NCBI GenBank assembly: GCA_036172245.1 | Contig: JAYWIR010000006.1 | Coordinates: 5,146,001 to 5,210,000, forward strand | Direction: 5' to 3' | Length of the DNA: 64,000 nt | From: Raillietiella orientalis | Lineage: Eukaryota | Shown here: positions 53,673 to 64,000 of the stretch, in pieces | Numbering within the stretch: position 1 is the stretch's first letter | Layout of the letters: every line of letters begins with the position of its first letter | Notes under the pieces: generated by a model | Database searches by the model: none | What the model saw: only the letters and a program-made list of their open reading frames with translations | What the model was told of the DNA's origin: nothing | Translations under genes and position numbers: made by a program

Positions 53673-53992
53673 CGTTCTGATTGAAGGTGGTGCAATGTGA
53701 AGGGCAGTTTTGTTTATTTTTATCAAACTTTGGTATCGCGGAAGTGTTTTTCTCTTGATGATAGGAAATGCCGAATGTTACTGAGGACTGAAGGTGCTGA
53801 ACAAGTTTGATACAAGTATCCTATGGAATGATTAATTTCTTTTCATCAGATGTTTTTGTGTGTACAAATTATTTAATTAGAGAATAAACTGACAATAGAA
53901 TAAGGCAGGTGGATAGAATTAAGTAAATTTGTTTTCCAGTCGAGTTTTGTTGGTTCTCCGTAATAATTTGAAATCAATTTCTGAGCAAGTAA

Positions 53993-56216
<2,224 letters not shown>

Positions 56217-56249
56217 ACCATGCAGCGGGCGGTGCGTTCCTTAGCAACG

Positions 56250-59200
56250 TGGCTTTTCCCATCGTGGCACCATTTTACGCAAATATGCAAATTTCCGGGA
56301 AATCAGGAAGTTTCCCCGAAGGGAGTGAGCGAATGAAAAGAATTGCAGGCAGAGCATCCGATCCGTGTGACGTATGGAAGGAAGTGAAGATTTCCCATGA
56401 CTTTTGTACATCCGAGTGGTTCGGCCCCCTGACTTCTTTCTTATACTGACCCATGCTTGACGTTTCCATGTGCAGTAAATTACTACGTGCTTGTATTTTC
56501 TGTCAGCATTCACTTTTCTGCCCGTCTTGCACGATGGGTGTTCCCGCAGTTCTCTCTTTTGGCTTCTTTCAGGCGGAAGTGGCCTCAGAATGATGGGAAA
56601 GCTCATGGAAAATTCGGCACACGTGCATCGGGGTGGCACCCCTGAATACGCGCATGGATCGCTGCGCAGTTCTTCCGGGTGCTCCTTCCCTTTTCGCTCC
56701 CCATCCTGTTTGGGTCCGCGTTCTTCCGACATCTCGCAGGATGGGAGTCAAGTGGGAATCGCGGCGTTTCCATAAGTTTCGTTTCCAGGCACCCGTCCTT
56801 AGGAGAGCTCTGGCACCCATCCTGATGCACCAGGGAGCCGGGATGCGAACGCCTTCCCCCTTTTCCCCGCTATCCCGGTTCCCGGGACCAGCAGTGCCAG
56901 GGACTGACGTGCACGGACAAGCGGAACGGACAGTGTTAAAGCTTTTCTTTTCACCTTTCCGTTTGCACAATGTCGCCTTTGCACTTTCCTCGTGGTGCGG
57001 TGGGCGGTTGCACGGAAAAAGCGTTTGGCTATTAATTGCCCTATCGTAGTTAATGTCCGCCAGCGAAAGCGGTGATCTGATTCAGAGCACTGAGGTTCTC
57101 CCCCAGCATCCAGAGCCGCGGCTGCAGGGATGACAGCTTTTCCCCGATGCCGTGTGGACATACCTTCAGCACAGTCGGTTTTGTGCCGTCGCGTGCAACC
57201 CATCCGTGAACACTCTTATTTGCTCGTATTCCACTGACCTGTGGCGAATCGGTCCGTGTGATCGGTAGAAAGTGAACGTCATCGTGCCCCCTCCTCCCTC
57301 CCTCCCCCCCCACAGCGCGCTTTATTTCTTTGCTTTCCAGGAAGTAGGCGCTTCTCGTACACACTCGTCTTCCCGTTTCGCGTCGTCAGTGGTCGGATTT
57401 CCCAACACTTCCGTCTGGACTGGGCCGCCACCGCCGGCGTCTCGTGGATGGGGTGCCACCCACGTGCGAACCTTCACTCTCTCCCCCCCTCGCCCCATCC
57501 GACCCGTCCACACTCCCCCTTTTTCCCGTTCGCTTTCCGCTCCTCAGCGTACGCGTCTCGAGGAAAGTTTCCGGTGCTCCCACCCAATTTGCAATTCTGC
57601 TCGCACTCGAATAGAACGCTTCTTCCTCTTTGTTTTGGGATCCATTAACTCACTAATTACCCCGACCCTCATCTGCTCTCCGTGCTTACCCATTCGTCGG
57701 CCGTCGCCGAAGATCCCTGCTGAAACCCTTTCGGCAATGCAAACCCTTTTTACGACATTCTGCTTGCCCCTCGTGCTCCCCTGAATCGTTCTCTCACGTG
57801 ACCCGGTCACGCGCCCCCGTTCGCGCAAGGGGTGCGAAGGGAATGCCAAAGGATTCGTTGCACGTACGGACCCATTTTGCCATTCGCTATACGTGTGTTT
57901 GTCGTGCGAGGTACACCCACAGTACACTTTTCCGCAAACGCTACCTTCCCAACCGGAACACATAAACAAAAGCGTAGATGTACCGATGCATATAATAAGC
58001 ACATATATATTGATTTTTCACAATGTTGCTCATTTATATTAATCCACGCATCAGTCTTTACACACACGTGTGTATGAATATACATGATACACATATGTAC
58101 TTATTTTTCATAATCTTCAATGTGTATACGAAGAATGTAATCAGCAACTTATTAATCTTGTAAATAAAGTGTGGGTCACTGAATCTTAATACACGTATCT
58201 GTTTCAGTGGTATTCCTGCTAATAATACGCGTGATAATACATTCGAATCACCATGCGTATGAAAATAAATGTGTACATGAATCCACATATAGAGCGAGCA
58301 CACGTGTTTGCTTGTGTTTCATGACCTTCCGGGACTCTGGCTGGTTGGGTTTTCGGCGTCCCGGATTTCTGAACCTGACGCGTGGACTATGAACGGGACT
58401 CGACCGCTGATGGAGGCGAGCGGACTCGATCCACGCCCAAGTCCACTGCTGCGTTGCCGTGAGCGACGAATTTTCTTTCGGCACGCAGAGGACGGAAGCT
58501 CTCGTTCACGACGTGTTCGCCCCCTCCCCCCTCCCCGCGTGGTTTCCTGTTTTTTCCACAACCCCCTTCCCCGCGAGACTTGGGGCAGGCCTTCGAGGGC
58601 TGGTGGCGAGCCCCTTCCTGTGCTCTCAGAGTGGAGGATGGCACGCCGCAATCGAATCTTCGGATGGCTACACGGCCCCCCTCGGACGAACCGTCATCGC
58701 TCTCAGTCGAGGGGGCAGGGGCCGGCTGCCGAGACGGCTGCAGCGAAAGCGACGACGGTGGCCAGAAACCCTGCAAGGCTACAGGATGGGGGGAGGGGGG
58801 AAGGGGGGACATCCGCCCTTGCACGGACGAAAAATGTGGCAGAGCGTTCCTCCCCGTCTTCAGGCCGCATTCCCACTTTCGAGGGAGGCGCCCCACCCAC
58901 CCTTCTCGTGAGGCCAACATGCGCGGGCACGTTCTAAGCTCGGTGTGGCGAGCGCCATTGCCCAGCATTTCCCGAGCGCCCTTTCTCGTCCGCATCCGCT
59001 TCCTACCCACATCCCGGAAACCAACCACCACTACTTCCCCTCACGTGCACCTTCCATGCCTCTGTGGATCTCTTCGTCTTTGCCCATCTACCATTTTCGC
59101 TTCCCTCCTTCGATGTTTTCTCTCGTTGATTAGCCTTCGACGCAGTACGTCCCTCGCGCGCTTCCTCCTGTTCCCCCCCCCCACTCCTCCTCCACTCCTC

Positions 59201-59400
59201 CTCCTCGCATCCAGCGCACTCCGGGGTCGGAACGCCGCTGTCTGTGGTCTTCAAACGCCAAACGCGCTCAGGGCATACTCCCCCGCTGCTTCCTCCAGGC
59301 GTTTTCAGATTCAACCTTCCCACACGGGTGCGAATGTGCATTCGTTGCAGCCGTCCGCCGCTTCTTGTAGTCTCGAGCGCCTCCCTTCTCGGGTGGTGGC
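56250..59400 (-). mobile_element. Degenerate non-LTR retrotransposon (RTE-like; APE + RT remnants)
   Basis: Minus-strand order: APE-like GAPP..EERSATFF..DVPP..LAGFLATV (~58750-58900); RT VHFLPI..VSGIR (~57250), KKSFNTV (KAFD.V; ~56940) and YSGVPP..SFPIILRPL (GV.QG..LF; ~56620). Interrupted by an AT-rich block at ~57955-58320. Confidence 0.45.
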
Positions 59401-59517
59401 GCGAGAAGCAGAGATTCTCGCTTTTACCGCAGCGCGTGTCCACCGACGTTCACGTCCGTTGCGGCTCGTCTGCGTAGGCGTTCGCTTCCAACGCGGCTCG
59501 TTACCATAGAAGATCGT

Positions 59518-59856
59518 TGCAGAGACGCTCGTTTTCATAAACGCTCGTGTCCACGGATGCTCGTTTCCATGGACTCTTTTCTGTGGCTCCGTCTGCAGAG
59601 ACGCTCGTTTTCATAAACGCTCGTGTCCACGGATGCTCGTTTCCATGGACTCTTTTCTGTGGCTCCGTCTGCAGAGACGCTCGTTTTCATAAACGCTCGT
59701 GTCCACGGATGCTCGTTTCCATGGACTCTTTTCTGTGGCTCCGTCTGCAGAGACGCTCGTTTTCATAAACGCTCGTGTCCACGGATGCTCGTTTCCATGG
59801 ACTCTTTTCTGTGGCTCCGTCTGCAGAGACGCTCGTTTTCATAAACGCTCGTGTCC
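59518..59856. repeat. Perfect 76-bp tandem repeat, ~4.5 copies
   Basis: Unit TGCAGAGACGCTCGTTTTCATAAACGCTCGTGTCCACGGATGCTCGTTTCCATGGACTCTTTTCTGTGGCTCCGTC starts at 59518, 59594, 59670, 59746 and (partially) 59822. No spacers. Confidence 0.97.
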
Positions 59857-61699
59857 TCAGTCTCTGGTTTTCATAAATTCTGTGCCCGCGGGCGTTGGTG
59901 TCCATGGACTCTGGTGTGCACGGACGCTAGAGAGTTTATGGGTGCTTCGTGAACATTCGGTTGTCTTTGTCCCACTCCGAGTGCCCTCGTGGCGATTCCT
60001 TCGCCACATGATTCGCGCTGGCACTCGAGTCGTTGTCTGTGCGGAGTTCTGGCCGCCACTCTCGGCAGGTGGATGCTGTGTGGTGGACGGAATTCCCCGC
60101 GTCCTCTTTCGGCCGGTTCCGTCCTCGCCGTTTGTCTTTCGCTTTGGAGTGAGGTTAGGACTTAGGATCGCCGTTTCTTGGAGTGCACTGTCTGCCTGAG
60201 TTGCGCGGGCGCCGTTTTGTCTCGCGGGGAGGGGTCCAGGACGCTCCATCTGAAGCGTTCGCTCCCGTTCTCTGCTGCTCGGTCTATCGCCGCAGTGCAT
60301 CAGCGCGTTCTACGGCTCCTTTCCATTGGGATGCTGCCGCTCCATCGTTTTACGTGACTTGTTCCTGCTGACGGAGCTCTCTAGGCGCTATTTGACGAGC
60401 GCGCGTTTCCAACATCCGGAGCGAGGAGCTGCCGCCGAGACAACACCGAAACCAGGGACGAGGTTTGGGCGCCGCGGTCTCACATGGGTTCCTTGGGTTC
60501 CTTGCACCCGTGGTGTCTGCGAGACGCCCACTCGCTGCGCGTGTGCTTAAGTGAAAGTCTCCGCCCCATGCGACCGGTGCGCGCGTGGTTCGTTTGGGGC
60601 TGCGGCATGAGGTTGCGGAGGCGACCCGCCGCCTCGTCGTTATGTGCGCAGTGATTTGACCTCGCTTCGAGGCGGCCTAGCTGTCGCTGGCGCTTACACA
60701 GCGCAACCGCGCCGAGCTGCGAAGCTGGGCTCGGTGCGCACACGCGTCTTCCATCGGTCATCGTCGCGGCCTCTCCGGCGCGTGGAGGAGAGATCAAATC
60801 CGCTCTGCTCGAAGCACCGGAGGAGTGCTGCGTGTTTGCTCGGCGGTGCAGCATCCCAGCAGCGGCAGCACGTGCCGGCTCCCATGGCTCCACGTCGTCA
60901 CAAGTCGTGTTTCCTCCCCTCTCCCCCCTCTCGAATCACCGGGGTCTCGAAGGCTTTAGGGAGCAGATGGGTTGAGCGGGCGTTTCGTCGTTCTTGAGCG
61001 GGCGCGTCCGCTCCTGACTGCGAACGTAGCGATTGGGCGTGTTCGGTGGTGAATGCACCCTTGCGCAGCAGGTGCCCGGATGGATGAGATGCTCTCGGAC
61101 GGAGCCTGACAGAGGCTCCGGTGAGGGAAGGCTCGTTGTCATGGAGACGTCGCTCTGCGCGCACTTCCCATGCGGCTCTCCAAGGGGGCCGGAAAAGGCA
61201 GCAGTTCATTTGGAGCCCTCCTTTCGCTGCCGCGTAGGGCGGCCTCTCTCTCCGAGTGGGGAGCGACAAGACTGCAGCCTAAAAGCCTCCCCTCCCCTTC
61301 CTCTCGCCAAAAAAAAAAAAAAAAGCCACGGACTCCTTCACCCTTCACCCCTTCCGAAAGAAGAGAAGGAGGGAAGGCAGGAATCCCAACCGCTCCTCAT
61401 GTGAGACCCTGCTCGTCTGGAAGAGCCCGGAGGGAGGGGATTTTCGCAGTGGTCCAGGGCTCGCGGCCTCCCCTCCGTGCTGCGGGTCCCACGCGCTGGA
61501 AGGGGAGCGAGGCCTTCGAGAGGCATCAAATGCGGCAGCTGCAAAGAGCGAAAGCGCGTCTCCCTGATGGTATCTGCCGTCAATTAAGAGCTCACAAGGC
61601 GCCGACAGAGGGGCGGCCCCTCAGTGAAACACCGGCCCTTCCGGGGAACAACAGGACCACCGCATCGGTCGGTCCCGCGCGAGGAAGGCCTCCGGCGAG

Positions 61700-63500
61700 C
61701 CCACGGCGTTACCCACGGCGGCGGCGACGGCCGCGGAGGGTGCAGGGCGCGCGCGAGCAAGGGATCCCTCCTCCGCGCGTTCTCTGCGGGCGTGGGCATC
61801 GCCCCCACCCAGCCTTCCCGCCGAGTAGCCGAGTCACCGCCGCCGGCGACCCCGACCTCCATGCGCCGTGCTGCCGAAGGGTAGCCGCCACTTCGCGACT
61901 CGAAGCTGCCACCGTGCGCCGCTTTCGTCCAAAAGCGCCGCTCCCCTCCCGGCGCCTCGCAACGATCCACGCTGTTCCGGCGCCATACGGTCTTCTGTAT
62001 CGATCGGGGAAGGACCTTCCACTTCTCTGCGCCAGAGGATTGCACGTGAAGGCTCTCTGCTTTTCTGGAGTGACGATATGGAACACTCAGGGCCAAAGGG
62101 ACACGACTCTGCTTACTTGGAGCCCTTCTCTTCCAATGACACCTTTGGGATAGTAAGGCCGTCTGAACCAGAGGTGATTTTCTGTACGCAGTGCGGTGTT
62201 GACGGGGGGGGGGGTGACGTTGCCACATGGTACTTTGCATGGATTTCCTGCCGAGGGCGTGCGGAGGGATGGCGCATCAGCAGTGTCGCCTCCGGTCCTG
62301 TCGATTGCGTGGCGCCGTCGCCTCTCGGAAGGTGCGGCGGCGCTGGAAAGAGCGCGACGGGAAGGAGGAGGAAATCCCCCGGGAGGAGGAACCGTTCGCG
62401 TCTGCTCGAGAAGGCGTTGAGTTTGCCCACGGGCGCAGGTTTCCTTGGCAACCGATGCCTGTGGAGAGCAGGTAGGCCTTCCTGGCTGGTGCATTGCTCG
62501 TCGAGGATGGTCCCCTAGGAAGGTGCAGTTGCTACTACATTGGATTCTTCTCGCTCATGGCGTTCTTCGTCGGTCGCGACGTGCGGGCGTCAACACCATC
62601 GGCTATTTCACCTTACGTGCTCTTTGCGGAAGAGGCGCGCCAAGATGGGTCTTCCTCGGATCGGCGCCCCGTTCCCCCACCGCGAGAGGGAAAGTTCGTT
62701 GCTGTCGCTACGGGGTGACCTATCAGGGTTCCCGGAAGCAAGGCAGGAGGCCAGATTCCCATGCCTCCTCCTTTCCCACGGAAGTTCTCCCCCCCCCCCC
62801 CGGGAGCACGCGCGCAGGACGAGGCGGGGCAGGCCTCGTGCTTTTCGTCTTCACGGCAACGCGGGAGGTGAAGAGTGGCTCGGCTGCGGCTGCCGCACCT
62901 CGGGTCCCGAACGGTCGCCTGGATGAACGCGGGCCCGGGTGAAAGGAAGGAGAGGGAGGGGGAGGCGTCGGCGTCGGCGGCCGCCGCCGGAAGTCGCTCC
63001 TCTCCTCCGCGAGCGCGGGTCGGGCAGCAGTGCGTTGACACGCGAGGCGGCGAGCGGCCAAGGAAGGCGCGCTGCCTCTGACGGCGGCAGCATCCATCTT
63101 GGACCGCATATCTGAGGACCAGCCACCGGAACAATCTGGCATCGTATTGATGTCTTGCAATAATTAGGATCATGACGGATGTTTTCCCATGCAGCTTCCC
63201 CTCATGGATCATTTCGAGGAGCGCGCGAGAGGAGGCCGTGCGCTCCCCACGTCCCGGCACCCTTCCGGGATGTTGCCGCTGGGACAGCCGGAGCGTGCCT
63301 CCCAGCGGCACCTGGAAGGAGGAGCGGGAAAGGGGAGGAGGAGGAAAACAGGCGAGAGTGGCGGGGATGGGCGCGGTTGCGGAAGGGACCCCGCGCGCCC
63401 GCTAAGACACTTTCTTGATCTGCTGGCCGAGTCACGTAACGGGCGCCACCGCACCCCCCCTCCTTTCCTTGCGCGAACGGCGCATGGGTGGTACCTGCCT
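61700..63500 (+). mobile_element. Degenerate Bel/Pao LTR retrotransposon pol remnant
   Basis: Ordered echoes: LHAP..R..ATSRL..VRRFRPKAP (PHH.V..TTKLR.VFDAS.K); EGSLLFWSDD (RD.LRFLW); TFGIVRPS (FG..SP); LVLFVFTAT..GSAA (LH.F.DAS..AY.A); PPRARVG (IPRLEL); PHVPAP..DVA (HVP..NPAD). Confidence 0.45.
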
Positions 63501-64000
63501 ATCTAGACTTCCCAAGACGATGCGGCGACTATCCTTCCGCCTTTCTCCAGGAGGACTTGCTCGCGCCGGGGTCAGCTCGTCGCCGGGGTATCCGGCCGAC
63601 GACGACGAGGGACCCGCCCCTTCCCCTAAGGCAGGCGGCGCGACAAAACGGCCGCTTTCTCCGCCGGCACCCTGGCACCCAAGCAAAGGCTCGCTCCTCG
63701 GAAGTCTTGGCAGGAGCGAGCCTTTGCTTGGAGCGACGGCGGCGGGAGGAAGGAGCAGAGAAGAGACATTCAAGGACCCTACTCGCCCGGCTTGCGCACA
63801 TCAAACGAGAGGTGCGGAAGGGACTGCCTTCCCCGCTCTCCTACCCCTTCCCTTCCTTTTCTCTCCCCAAGAGACTTCGTGGCAAAGGGACGGAAGGGTA
63901 AGCTGGGAGCGAAGGCAGCGCCTTCCTCGTCAATTCCCGGAGAGCACGCCTAGAGCTTGGGAGTCTCTTCCTCCCCTCCCCCTCTCATGCCTGTTTGGGA

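Noticed and set aside
59518..59856. Regularly spaced repeats as a CRISPR array
   Set aside because: The units are identical head-to-tail with no unique spacers, there are no cas genes, and the context is eukaryotic.
58308..63901. Many long overlapping Arg/Pro/Gly-rich ORFs (for example 58580-59509 and 61170-62153)
   Set aside because: Expected from stop-codon scarcity at high GC. Only fragmentary retroelement motifs are recognisable.

Overview
Eukaryotic genomic DNA, most likely from an invertebrate (arthropod-like; species not determinable from the sequence), with very short 40-50 nt introns. Six conserved intron-containing genes are recognisable: COPS5/CSN5 (-), PRPF40A (-), histone H2A.Z/H2A.V (-), a type I inositol 5-phosphatase INPP5A (+), RRP5/PDCD11 (+) and MELK (+). 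One further uncharacterised minus-strand gene or pseudogene lies at about 13.2-16.2 kb. The intergenic blocks (about 2-13 kb, 48.4-53 kb and 56.2-64 kb) hold heavily decayed transposons: Ty3/Gypsy, piggyBac, Tigger/pogo, CR1-like and RTE-like LINEs, and Bel/Pao. The most notable observations are five. (1) A decayed, intron-containing METTL25B/RRNAD1-like gene fragment exactly fills the space between two ~120-bp inverted repeats, resembling Pack-TIR gene capture. (2) Two independent ~37-40 nt U2 snRNA 5' fragments have short flanking direct repeats and end in the branch-point recognition sequence. (3) RRP5 starts only 270 bp after the INPP5A stop, behind an apparently unpaired 3' splice site. 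(4) A perfect 23-bp hairpin. (5) A perfect 76-bp higher-order repeat built on an older 16-bp minisatellite. All protein family calls come from manual motif recognition against remembered sequences; no database search was run. No CRISPR array, rRNA or tRNA was found.
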